This document shows, one piece after another, positions 1 to 9,157 of a DNA stretch of 64,000 bases. Location of the stretch: IMG/VR virus record IMGVR_UViG_3300014913_000010, one strand, 5' to 3'. The position numbers were made by a program, and so were the translations under genes. The notes under the pieces are model-generated. The model had not been told where the DNA came from. It did no database searches and was given only the letters and a program-made list of their open reading frames with translations. Numbering within the stretch: the first letter of the stretch is position 1; each line of letters begins with the position of its first letter. This stretch comes from an uncultured virus (IMG/VR IMGVR_UViG_3300014913_000010). Taxonomy: Duplodnaviria; Heunggongvirae; Uroviricota; Caudoviricetes.

Positions 1-2
1 CA

Positions 3-194
3 TATCTAACACTTCTTTTTCTTGCTCTTTTTTCAAACTATACTTATCTATGTTTTGCTAGAGTAATGATGTATAATGACTATGATCGTTTTATGTTTTT
101 ATTAGTAAGGACAACATATGTTCCACCTGTTTATTTAGTAGTAGTAGTTATGGCCGCTCTAGTAATAAATAAGGCTCTTAAAAAAAGGAAATAA
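3..194 (+). CDS. Partial (5'-truncated) membrane protein, holin candidate
   Basis: Open frame from the window edge to TAA at 192-194; two hydrophobic segments (YLTLLFLALF, VYLVVVVMAALVI) and a basic C-terminus (KALKKRK); directly upstream of the endolysin. Confidence 0.45.
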   Translation, partial: YLTLLFLALFSNYTYLCFARVMMYNDYDRFMFLLVRTTYVPPVYLVVVVMAALVINKALKKRK

Positions 195-196
195 AA

Positions 197-598
197 ATGC
201 CATACTCATTTAGCAAAAGAAGTAAAGCAAAACTAGAGACGTGTGAACAGCCATTAATTGATTTATCACATGAAATGATAAAGGTAGTAGACTTCACAGT
301 TCTTTGTGGTTTTCGAGATAAAGATAAACAAGATGAAGCACTACGACTAAACCGAACTACTAAAAGATGGCCTTATAGTAAACATAATAAAATTCCTTCC
401 CCTGCAATTGATCTTGCGCCGTATCCTATTAAGTGGGATGAACTTGATCGGTTTGCTTACTTCGCCGGTTGGGTGATGTGCAAAGCAAAAGAAATGGGAA
501 TACTTCTTAAATGGGGAGGTGATTGGGACGGTGATTTTAATATTCAAGAGCACCGTTTAATAGATATGCCGCACTTTGAATTGATCGAAGTGCAATAA
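197..598 (+). CDS. Endolysin, M15 family (L-Ala-D-Glu-type) peptidase
   Basis: Motifs GFR...Q, SKHN..PS.AIDL, WGGDW and DMPHFEL, typical of phage M15 endolysins. Confidence 0.9.
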   Translation: MPYSFSKRSKAKLETCEQPLIDLSHEMIKVVDFTVLCGFRDKDKQDEALRLNRTTKRWPYSKHNKIPSPAIDLAPYPIKWDELDRFAYFAGWVMCKAKEMGILLKWGGDWDGDFNIQEHRLIDMPHFELIEVQ

Positions 599-622
599 CC
601 ATAACTACAGGAGGGTAGTACA

Positions 623-1015
623 ATGAAGAAAATCGTTTTACTTATTTTGTTTTTGCTCGTACCACTACTTGTTGTTACTCCAGCGCCTGCCGCCGATGTA
701 CCGGCCTTGTTCGAATGGGTGCAACCCGATTATGATATAGTAAACTATTGGGTGCTATATTGGGGCGACACCACCGGGGGGCCGTATGAGATTGGCAGTC
801 AGCAGTTTGATAAAGCCGATTTAGTAGAGGATCAATCGAATACCTTTACTATACCGTACCCAGATGGAGCTAAGACTACTTACTATTTTGTCTTGGTTTC
901 TTTCGTTGATACGGAGCATTATAGTGGGAACAGTATGGAAGTATACTTAGAGATTGACTACATACCAGTTCCCGGCGAACCCCTGCAGTTGAAGGTAACT
1001 ATAATACCGGAATAG
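623..1015 (+). CDS. Secreted protein with a single fibronectin-III-like domain
   Basis: Signal peptide (MKKIVLLIL...APA), then W..P, Y.LYWG, YYFVLVSF and YSGNSMEV in an FN3-like pattern; GGAGG RBS. Confidence 0.55.
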   Translation: MKKIVLLILFLLVPLLVVTPAPAADVPALFEWVQPDYDIVNYWVLYWGDTTGGPYEIGSQQFDKADLVEDQSNTFTIPYPDGAKTTYYFVLVSFVDTEHYSGNSMEVYLEIDYIPVPGEPLQLKVTIIPE

Positions 1016-1022
1016 AAGGGAG

Positions 1023-1415
1023 GTGATAGAGTTGTTGAGACGAAACCAGACTAGTGTAGTTGTTCTTCTTATTTTGGTTTGTTCACTTATGTTTTCTTGT
1101 GCTGGTATGCAATTAGGCGCTCCTGATGACACCCCGGAGTTAACGAATAAAAAAGCATACACCGTGGCACGGAAAGAATTTGCACTTACCTTAAAGAAGT
1201 ACAACGACTACTATGACAAGGCAGATGCTGAAACGCAGGCTAAGTGGAAAGAGGAAGTAGACCCACTTTTCAAGACTGCAGATAAGGCATTGGATGGTTG
1301 GCAGTTGGCAATCGATAATAACTGGGATGCCGCAGGCAATGAGAGTAAGTACTTAGAAATGAAGTCCGAACTACTCATTATGCTGGTGGGTGTTTTTGGA
1401 ATCACGGAGGAGTAA
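1023..1415 (+). CDS. Lipoprotein, spanin candidate
   Basis: Basic/hydrophobic signal with lipobox-like MFSC, helical body, hydrophobic C-terminus; lies in the lysis cassette. Confidence 0.5.
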   Translation: MIELLRRNQTSVVVLLILVCSLMFSCAGMQLGAPDDTPELTNKKAYTVARKEFALTLKKYNDYYDKADAETQAKWKEEVDPLFKTADKALDGWQLAIDNNWDAAGNESKYLEMKSELLIMLVGVFGITEE

Positions 1416-1418
1416 GTT

Positions 1419-1589
1419 ATGTTGACTCTGGCTCAAGTAGCATTGATAGATATTCTTTCGGATCGCATCATTACTATGGTCGGCATAATGAAGACAGTGC
1501 CGGGTATGGCTGAAGAAGAAGTAGATGCCGAAAAGAAGAAGTGGGAAGATATGTCTGATTCAGAAATGGATAGACTAGACAACCACTAA
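1419..1589 (+). CDS. Small hypothetical protein (56 aa, MLTLAQVALID...RLDNH)
   Basis: GGAGG RBS then ATG at 1419, open to TAA; below the ORF-track cutoff. Confidence 0.6.
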   Translation: MLTLAQVALIDILSDRIITMVGIMKTVPGMAEEEVDAEKKKWEDMSDSEMDRLDNH

Positions 1590-1778
1590 TCAGCACTTAC
1601 CACAATAGCATAAAGGCCGGGGAATTTCCTCCTCGGCCTTTTCTATTTCATCGATTACTTTCTTTGCGGCAAGTACATTAACCTTGACTGCATTATACAT
1701 TATCTCACACCTAATACACCTTTGAGCCTCATCATTCGCCGCCTGATTACTTCCACAGTACTTACATTGAAATGACAT
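1590..1778 (-). CDS. Small Cys-rich (Zn-binding) hypothetical protein
   Basis: CKYC, CIRC, CYCGKC; overlaps the upstream gene. Confidence 0.55.
   Translation of the reverse strand: MSFQCKYCGSNQAANDEAQRCIRCEIMYNAVKVNVLAAKKVIDEIEKAEEEIPRPLCYCGKC
1612..1643 (+). terminator. Rho-independent terminator at the end of the lysis transcript
   Basis: AAAGGCCGGGG-loop-CCTCGGCCTTTT hairpin followed by a T-run at the +/- convergence. Confidence 0.55.
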
Positions 1779-2277
1779 CTTTTGTTCCTTCTGTTTTTGG
1801 AGTGAGTATTACTGCCGGGCCTTCATACCTATACTTCTTAGGGTAGTCCTTCACGTAGATCTCGGCGGTCAATACCATATCGCATTTGCCGGTTGCTAAT
1901 TGTAAAAGGTGGTCATCGATCTTGGCGCATAAAGGACACGGCTCTTTAGCGTCAATATCGCCCATGAGCAATCGCTTTGTTATGTTTCGTGTGTTCGCTA
2001 ATTCCTTTTTAGCCTTAACTTTGCCGAGTCGGGTTTTATGATGGTAGTTAATCAATGTGTTAGTAGTCTGTAGTAGTCCGTAAATCCATTTTGTTTGGTT
2101 CACATGCATGGTAGTTCTAATGTAATTTTCTAACTCCATCTTTTCGGTAAGAAAAAAGGTTCCCCAAATCTCCCAGACTACTTCTTCTCCTTCCCGTTTC
2201 TTCAAGGCCCATAAGGCTCTTTTGCAACGGTCGTCTATCTCCGCTATTATGTCTTCTAGATTATTATCTAATAGCAT
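1762..2277 (-). CDS. Hypothetical protein
   Basis: GGAGGTAGTA-ATG at 2277 is the probable start; contains CPLC. Confidence 0.65.
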   Translation of the reverse strand: MLLDNNLEDIIAEIDDRCKRALWALKKREGEEVVWEIWGTFFLTEKMELENYIRTTMHVNQTKWIYGLLQTTNTLINYHHKTRLGKVKAKKELANTRNITKRLLMGDIDAKEPCPLCAKIDDHLLQLATGKCDMVLTAEIYVKDYPKKYRYEGPAVILTPKTEGTKDVISM

Positions 2278-2287
2278 TACTACCTCC

Positions 2288-2578
2288 TTACTGGATAATA
2301 CCTGGTGTGCTTGGGTTATCAATAGTAGTAGTTTTATTCGGATTAAATAGGTCGAGGATTCCCTGTAGTGCTCTCAATATGCCGTGGTGTGTTTTCTCCG
2401 TTACGATTACCAGCATAGCAAATATTTCAGCACCGCAATGAGGACAATTACTTCTTACTATCTTAGTAATCTCTGGTTTGAATGCATCAATCATAAGGTG
2501 TAGTTCCTGCCCACAATGAGGGCAAACGTTTTTCGGTGTTACATCATAGTCCCTTACTACTTCAATACCACTTTCCAT
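2288..2578 (-). CDS. Zn-ribbon hypothetical protein
   Basis: Two CPHCG motifs; AAGGAG RBS. Confidence 0.65.
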   Translation of the reverse strand: MESGIEVVRDYDVTPKNVCPHCGQELHLMIDAFKPEITKIVRSNCPHCGAEIFAMLVIVTEKTHHGILRALQGILDLFNPNKTTTIDNPSTPGIIQ

Positions 2579-2701
2579 TACTTTTTCTCCTTTTTAGTTT
2601 TGTTGTACTTCGGGTTGTGTAGGTGTCGCCATACGCCTTGACGTTTTACACGGTTGTTTCTCTTTACTTTCTTTTTACTACAGATTGGGCAAATACTTAT
2701 T

Positions 2702-3691
2702 TTATTCTCCTATCCATTGAGGGTTGTTAAGTGTCCATTCTATGGTGCTTTGCAGGGACTTATAAATAGTTATTGGCGGTTTCCATCCCATTGCCGCCAT
2801 TTTATACCCGGCTAGAGCATACCGTAAATCGTGGCCCGGCCTAGTACTGTGAAAGTCTACTATATTGTAGTATAGTGGACGGTCTAATATGTAGGCAATT
2901 GCCTGAGCAAGTTCAAGATTAGTAAGTTCTTTTTCACCGACGATGTTATACTTATCACGTTGATTGAATTTGTCAAGCAGGAAGTGAATTGCGTTTGCTA
3001 CATTCCGGGCATGGATATAAAACCGGGAGCCTGATTGTTTTCGTTTTCTATCCAGTGTGCCGTGGATAAAAATATATTCTCCTTTAATAATGTTATTTAT
3101 ACACAACGGAATAAACTTCTCCGGGTGCTGGCGTTCACCGAAAATATTCATACAATGAGTAATGAATCCCGGTAGACCATAGGTGTTCATATATGCAAGT
3201 ACTAACTCCTCACCACCGGCCTTGGTTGCACTATACGGGTTAGTAGAGTTATATCGATCCCACTCACTGTAGTCCCGGTCTGTCGGAGCCGGGCCGAATA
3301 CTTCATCTGTAGAGAAGTAAACAAATGCTTTTAAGTTCTTCTGTTTTCTGGCGAAGTCAAGCATATGCATAGTACCAACTACATTGGAATAGACAAATGG
3401 TGCAGGGTCTACTATTGAATTGTCCACATGGGTTTCTGCGCCCATATGAAAAATGTAGTCAATGTTATTGCACTCCCTCAATATGCCTTCAGATATTTCC
3501 TTAGTGAAGTCGAGGGTGAAAAAGTTTACTCTACTATTATCGAATGCATTGATATCTCTGACTCGATCAAGGCCGCTAGATGCATAGGTCAACTTATCGA
3601 AAGTAATAATATCCCAGTTAGTAGTTTTTAGAAAGTGCTCGATGAAGTGATGCCCCACAAATCCACATCCTCCAGTGATTAGTAATTTCAT
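2702..3691 (-). CDS. rmlB: dTDP-glucose 4,6-dehydratase-like NAD-dependent epimerase/dehydratase
   Basis: TGGCGFVG, DKLTYA, AETHVDNSI, STDEVFG, NPYSATK, QHPEKFIP, RPGHDLRY. Confidence 0.9.
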   Translation of the reverse strand: MKLLITGGCGFVGHHFIEHFLKTTNWDIITFDKLTYASSGLDRVRDINAFDNSRVNFFTLDFTKEISEGILRECNNIDYIFHMGAETHVDNSIVDPAPFVYSNVVGTMHMLDFARKQKNLKAFVYFSTDEVFGPAPTDRDYSEWDRYNSTNPYSATKAGGEELVLAYMNTYGLPGFITHCMNIFGERQHPEKFIPLCINNIIKGEYIFIHGTLDRKRKQSGSRFYIHARNVANAIHFLLDKFNQRDKYNIVGEKELTNLELAQAIAYILDRPLYYNIVDFHSTRPGHDLRYALAGYKMAAMGWKPPITIYKSLQSTIEWTLNNPQWIGE

Positions 3692-4567
3692 TATTTTCTC
3701 CTTTTCAGCTTTTTAATTTTTTTGAGTACTTTTTTTGGTTTCCGTTTTAACTTCTTGATCTTCTTCTTTTTCGGTTTGGGTGTCGCCCCAAAAAAGCTAG
3801 GGTCACACCACATTAAATAATCGTCTAGCCGCATGGTGAATAATAGGTTTACTCCACTTATTTGAATCCAACCAAATGCCCAATAAGGAGGACTAGTAAT
3901 AGGCCCGTTTATTTCTTCCATCCAGTCCTTTACTTCATTATCCATTACAATACGGCGGTGTCCATCATGTTTCACTTTATACACCATTAGTATAAAATTA
4001 CTATTCGACTTAATACCTTTCCACCATTTAACAACACTAAGACCAAGATGTTTTGCCGTTCCCTTTAGTACTATAGTTGTGTCCTTTAGTTTTACTGGAG
4101 TTATCTTGTTTTTTCCTCGTGTCCACCATAGACTTAATTTCTTTTCGAAAATTTTTTTGTATTTCATTTTCTTCCTCAAGTATGCGATCCATCGTGAAAA
4201 AACTACTATAGCCAAAGCCCATATAATAGGCTCCTTCTTCGTCGTCGCCACTTTCAAAGCATAACGAACATAAGAATCGGTTCCCTTTCTTCTTCTCCCT
4301 AATACCGCAACTAGTACATATTTTATCGGGGGGTATTTCTCTTCTTGTGTACTCGTCGCCTAAATCAGGTCGGGTTCCGTTTACTATAGACAGTATTAGA
4401 TTTTTTGAGCAACTCCATTTTTCACAACATTTACTTATACTCCAACCATCTTCTTTTATGCACTGTAGTACTTCCTTATTTCTAATGTCGTGTCTATAGT
4501 TCCTTACTTTCGTTGGCTTCTTCTTAACTACTTTGCTTTTACGCACTAGCTTCCGTAGTTTTTTCAT
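3691..4567 (-). CDS. Two overlapping hypothetical Lys-rich ORFs (3691-4257 and 4037-4567); exact boundaries uncertain
   Basis: ORF track; basic KKLKR/KKLRK termini; HTH-like and Cys-rich segment in 4037-4567. Confidence 0.5.
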
Positions 4568-4675
4568 CTGTATCCGTCCTTATTAATACGTCCTTTTAGT
4601 TCTTTATTATTTCGTCTTAATTTACCATTAGATGAAATAAAATAAGAAGAAGCCTACTTAACTTATTTCCATTTT

Positions 4676-5308
4676 TCAAGTGATCTTAGTAACATTACTA
4701 ATCCCTTTTGTATGTACTACTTTATATATTGAATCAGCAATTGACTCAAGTTCTTTTTCGTGTGTCACTATGATAAGTTGAAAGTCCAGACGGTGTGATA
4801 GTTCAGCTAGTACTTGTCCGGCTTGATTAATTGTGTCTCTACCCACGAACCGTAACGGCTCATCTAGCACAAACACGTTTCTACTACGTGGATGCTCTAA
4901 TGACCATAGTACTACTCTGAAGGCAAAACTTATAATGTCTATAATACCGCCGCCCATATCATCCTTAGGAATATATTCTACTTCACCTTCCTTTATAATG
5001 GGTGTGCATGATATCCGGTTGTACTTCTTCTCAATAAGTAGTTCAAATGAAAAGGGGCGGTCAAATACAGAATTAATTGCTAATGTTAGTAGCGCATCAA
5101 TCCTTACCTTAATACGCCTATGGGTTATGTCTAATGACTTATTTATAATTTCACGGGCTTCAATCGTATCAGTTAATTCTGCTGATACTTCTTTTTTGCG
5201 TTTTATTTTGGTCTTCTTCTTTTTGAGAAGTTCTTTTTTGCGCCATTTCAAATGCTCAACTTTATCCGATACTGTTTTTAGTCGTTGCTTTGTTTGGTAG
5301 TAGTTCAT
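4676..5308 (-). CDS. SbcC/Rad50 (gp46-like) C-terminal half
   Basis: Coiled coil, signature-like MGGG, Walker B FVLDEP, H-loop IIVTH; no Walker A. Confidence 0.85.
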   Translation of the reverse strand: MNYYQTKQRLKTVSDKVEHLKWRKKELLKKKKTKIKRKKEVSAELTDTIEAREIINKSLDITHRRIKVRIDALLTLAINSVFDRPFSFELLIEKKYNRISCTPIIKEGEVEYIPKDDMGGGIIDIISFAFRVVLWSLEHPRSRNVFVLDEPLRFVGRDTINQAGQVLAELSHRLDFQLIIVTHEKELESIADSIYKVVHTKGISNVTKIT

Positions 5309-5530
5309 ATTTTTAAATTCCCCGGCTCGTCTGCAATCAACTACTTACTTCGATTAGTGTTAGCATTGTCTCCGCAAATGACCATACTCACTGTTTCATA
5401 TTCAACTATATAATTATCAGCGTGTCGGAGACTACCCCGACCTTGTTAAATATTAAAATTAGTAGTTTGATCATTAGTAGAAGTTCCCAGACAAGTTTCC
5501 TCGGTGGTATTCCGAACCGGGGAAACCTTG

Positions 5531-6196
5531 TTAGAGGTTATCAAAAATAACAGGTATCAGTTTCTTTACTTCCTCATGCAAAGGAGCCATTACTTCTATC
5601 ATCTGAGGATGGGCCGCAGGACCACACCGCAACTTGAAGATGTGCCGCCATTCACGGAAGTTAGCAGTCCATACAATTTCGGTCTTGGTTGAGTTAGGTA
5701 GTACTGACCGGGCCTTCTGGGGCGACCATCCAGCATCGAGCAACCGGTTGTAGTCAATGGTCGCGCCTGCTATACTCGCCAACCATATATCTGTATCGGT
5801 TACTTTATCGCCTTTTACTTTCATCATCTGTAGTACATCGAATGCATTGTACTCCCCTTCTTTTAGATCCAACCATAAGGGAATGATAAAAGTACAGCCT
5901 CCCTTGTAGTTAACGTATCGGGTGCTTTCTTGACTATACGCCGCCAACCGGTGTCTTACTATCTCGTGAGATACTCCCCTATCACAGATAATACGGATAG
6001 TCATTGCGGAGTGCTCTATTACCGAGTGATGCCCCCGGTTCAATACCATTGCGGTGAAAGTAGTAGAAGATACCTCGTCCATTTTGTCTTCGGACTTGTA
6101 GCAAGTCCTTCCAGCCTGTTCGATCAACCTTAATGGATATTCACTATCCATTATAGCCATGATTTTATAGCCCGGCCTTACTAATTCCATTTTCAT
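5531..6196 (-). CDS. thyX: Flavin-dependent thymidylate synthase
   Basis: GHHSVIEH, RGVSHEIVRHR, SQESTRY, ARSVLP, NFREWRH. Confidence 0.95.
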   Translation of the reverse strand: MKMELVRPGYKIMAIMDSEYPLRLIEQAGRTCYKSEDKMDEVSSTTFTAMVLNRGHHSVIEHSAMTIRIICDRGVSHEIVRHRLAAYSQESTRYVNYKGGCTFIIPLWLDLKEGEYNAFDVLQMMKVKGDKVTDTDIWLASIAGATIDYNRLLDAGWSPQKARSVLPNSTKTEIVWTANFREWRHIFKLRCGPAAHPQMIEVMAPLHEEVKKLIPVIFDNL

Positions 6197-6507
6197 ATCT
6201 CCCCCTCAATTTTCATAAGCATTAAAGAAGCATAGTGGGCAATCTTAATGAGGTCGCGCTTTACTTCTTCTTTTCCACGAACATTACTTTCTAACCGTCC
6301 ATTATACCGGTCAACGTCGTGGCTCATATCCGATAACTTCATTTTCTTGAGCATAGGGTCTGGAAAGTCGCCATACTGCGGCACTACATAGGCATTGATA
6401 TGTGCCTTTACTCGTTGTGAAAATCTGTCCCATGCGATTACTTTTTTTGCTGGCATTTTTAAAATATCACTGCCTGTTGAATCTACACCATCTGTTTGAT
6501 TTGCCAT
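6193..6507 (-). CDS. Hypothetical protein
   Basis: GGAGGTAGTA-ATG RBS; ATGA overlap with thyX. Confidence 0.7.
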   Translation of the reverse strand: MANQTDGVDSTGSDILKMPAKKVIAWDRFSQRVKAHINAYVVPQYGDFPDPMLKKMKLSDMSHDVDRYNGRLESNVRGKEEVKRDLIKIAHYASLMLMKIEGEI

Positions 6508-6516
6508 TACTACCTC

Positions 6517-6759
6517 CTATTCTGTTTCAAGTTCTTCTAATTGTTCTTCTATCTCATCCAATAATGCGTTGGCCTTTTCCTCTGTTTTACTAATGTCATC
6601 CTTTAACTTCTTCTTTAATTCCTTTGCTTGCTTGATCGTAGAAACATTGTACTTCTTTTTTAACTCCTTTTTTGTAGTGTTTACTTTCTCTTTGAAAACT
6701 GCTCGCTTAGTTTTTGCCAGATCTAATTTGCGTTTGATCTTATCAACTTTGCTCGGCAT
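6517..6759 (-). CDS. Small coiled-coil protein (possible SbcCD accessory or middle piece)
   Basis: 80-aa heptad-rich helix overlapping the end of sbcD. Confidence 0.6.
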   Translation of the reverse strand: MPSKVDKIKRKLDLAKTKRAVFKEKVNTTKKELKKKYNVSTIKQAKELKKKLKDDISKTEEKANALLDEIEEQLEELETE

Positions 6760-7663
6760 TATACCTAATCCTTTCGATTGCTTTTACTACCGATTTTTTA
6801 ACATGAGTTCTTTTTATTAACTCATATAAGTTTGACAATACATCTATCTTTACTTCTTCTGGGGCTGACTCAACTGCTTCCATGAAGTCATCCATTATAG
6901 ATTGGATTTCGGTTTCACGATCTAAATGATCTCGTAGTAGTACTTCTTCAGCATCGGCGTGTGGGATAATATGCTTCTTAATGGTTCGGGTACGGGTGTT
7001 GACTATGTAGAAGTGTGGCTTGTGAGTGTAGTTGTACTCGGTGGCTTCTTTGCGGAGCATTGACCCGGTGTTTAAGATAGTGGTATCACCGGTAGTATAC
7101 TTAAATGACTTATGGATATCACCGCACACAATGAGGTCAAATCGATCCTTATATTTTTTGGCGAATGCCTTTGCGCCGGTAGTACTAACGTGTGATTCTT
7201 TGTTCATTGAGATAGATGAGTGGATTATCAATACCCGATAATCTCCTTCTTCTTCATTCAATGACTTCTTAGGAATATCCATTTTCCAGCCTGCGCCATA
7301 TAAAGCGACTCCACGTATTACTTGTTGATGCAGGAAAGTAACAAGCCCGGCCTCCCGTAAGACGCCCATAGTAGTAGACTTTACTTTATTCTCTTCTACA
7401 TTACGGAAGTACATATCATGCTGACCGGGAATCACATAAGTTTGGACCTTATATTTTTTGAGTAGTTCCATTAGTAGTGCTACCATTAACCAGTCCCTTG
7501 TCTTATCTACAAAGTCACCGGTCTGTAATATCATTGCTGATTGCTTCTTTGCAAAGGAGTAAACATAATCCAACTTAGCCATACAAGTTAAAATGTAGTT
7601 GTCACTTCTACCGATTGGTTGCTTGCCGGTGGCGTGTATGTCTGATAATACGATAAGTTTCAT
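6743..7663 (-). CDS. sbcD: SbcD/Mre11 (gp47-like) metallophosphoesterase nuclease
   Basis: SDIH, TGDFVD, GQHD, GDIH, NTGS. Confidence 0.85.
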   Translation of the reverse strand: MKLIVLSDIHATGKQPIGRSDNYILTCMAKLDYVYSFAKKQSAMILQTGDFVDKTRDWLMVALLMELLKKYKVQTYVIPGQHDMYFRNVEENKVKSTTMGVLREAGLVTFLHQQVIRGVALYGAGWKMDIPKKSLNEEEGDYRVLIIHSSISMNKESHVSTTGAKAFAKKYKDRFDLIVCGDIHKSFKYTTGDTTILNTGSMLRKEATEYNYTHKPHFYIVNTRTRTIKKHIIPHADAEEVLLRDHLDRETEIQSIMDDFMEAVESAPEEVKIDVLSNLYELIKRTHVKKSVVKAIERIRYNAEQS

Positions 7664-8727
7664 ATCTTGGCTTCTATCCTTTCAATTGCTTCGGCGTCTA
7701 TCAAATTGAAACACGTCGGGCATACTTCTTCTTCTTGCAGGGCTTCCAAATATTCTCTTTTCAATATGTCTACTTCTTCGTTTGCGCTTAGGAGTTTATT
7801 GTGTCCATGTATAAACTCCATTACTAGGTTGTGATCTGGTTGTAATACATTGTTGATACGTGCCACCATTGCCCCATATACGGCTAGTTTGTTATCAATA
7901 CCATCAATTTCACGGGTCATTGTTTTAAGGTGTCTATTATTATCAATGAATTTGTTGGCTATCTTTATGTCATCTTTAAAAATGTCTGCATTATATGTTA
8001 ATTGTATAGCACTCTCGAAGGAAGGGATTAACCGGTATGAAGAATTATACCGTAATAGAGTACTACTTCTTTTTTCAAGTTTGGTGATAAGGTCACCAAG
8101 GTCTGACCATTTATTTATAAGGCGAATTTCTTTACTTAGTTCTCGCCGGGCCTTTGATACCTTATCATCAATACCGGGTAGATCAGACAACACTGCTAAT
8201 TGAGATTTAATGTCTTTCAACTTAGTAGTAATGTTGGTTTTTTCTCGGGTGAGTTCGTTTACTTCTTTGTTTGCTTCCTTCACCCAAGCATCGACCTTCT
8301 CGGCCTTTGTAATACGGTTGATTGTCTTCGTGATTTCTGAACCGGTAGCAGTGACGAGGAAAGGGGAGTCAAGTTGTGTTTGAATATTTATGTCTGTCAA
8401 TCGGAGGGCTTCGGTTACTTCTTCAGGTACGGCAGTACCAAACTTTCGGAAAGTACTATTGTTTACTTTATATATTCTTTCCTTTGCTGTTTTCTTTAAG
8501 GTGACTTTGTCACCTTCCATTGTACGAGCAGTTATAAAAGCGTTCTGTTGCCCATGCCTAACAAACCGATTACCAGAAGGCCGGTTAGTACGTAGTAGAT
8601 CAAGTCCTCTTAGTATAGCAGTTTTACCGGCCTGCGACTTGCCGATAATTACATTGACTCCCTCTACTAATTTGATAATGGTCTTCTTATGACTTTGAAA
8701 GTTTTTTAATACGATTGATTTTAACAT
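7660..8727 (-). CDS. SbcC/Rad50 (gp46-like) N-terminal half
   Basis: LKNFQSH, Walker A GKSQAGKT, Q-loop IQTQ, coiled coil ending just after the zinc hook CPTC. Confidence 0.85.
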   Translation of the reverse strand: MLKSIVLKNFQSHKKTIIKLVEGVNVIIGKSQAGKTAILRGLDLLRTNRPSGNRFVRHGQQNAFITARTMEGDKVTLKKTAKERIYKVNNSTFRKFGTAVPEEVTEALRLTDINIQTQLDSPFLVTATGSEITKTINRITKAEKVDAWVKEANKEVNELTREKTNITTKLKDIKSQLAVLSDLPGIDDKVSKARRELSKEIRLINKWSDLGDLITKLEKRSSTLLRYNSSYRLIPSFESAIQLTYNADIFKDDIKIANKFIDNNRHLKTMTREIDGIDNKLAVYGAMVARINNVLQPDHNLVMEFIHGHNKLLSANEEVDILKREYLEALQEEEVCPTCFNLIDAEAIERIEAKI

Positions 8728-8998
8728 TCTTTTTTAACTTCCTTGTTTTAACATCTAATATTTGTACTATCTTTGGTTTCCTTTGCTTGGGCATAGTTTT
8801 ACCTGTGTCAAGTTCCAGCCTCATTCGGTTCCACTCAAAAAGAATGGAGTGAACAAAGTTAGTAATACGAGCATATTGCTCTGGACTTGCGTTAGTATTT
8901 TGAATGGTAGTAATAACCCGATGCATTTGTCCAGTAAGTTCTACTATCCAGTCGTTTTTATAGTCCACATGATGTAGTTGTGGCTTGCTTTTGCCCAT
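8687..8998 (-). CDS. Hypothetical protein
   Basis: AAGGAG RBS; ORF track. Confidence 0.6.
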   Translation of the reverse strand: MGKSKPQLHHVDYKNDWIVELTGQMHRVITTIQNTNASPEQYARITNFVHSILFEWNRMRLELDTGKTMPKQRKPKIVQILDVKTRKLKKNVKINRIKKLSKS

Positions 8999-9157
8999 CG
9001 TTTCTCCTTTTTTATTAAGTATATATTTCCTCTACTTACATTATATATATTTGCTAGTTCTGTTGGAGATTTATTGGATTTTCTTATTTCGATTACTTTT
9101 TCTATAGTTAATTTAGTGTATTGGTTTTTTCTTCTATTCGTTATTCTATTTTTTTAA

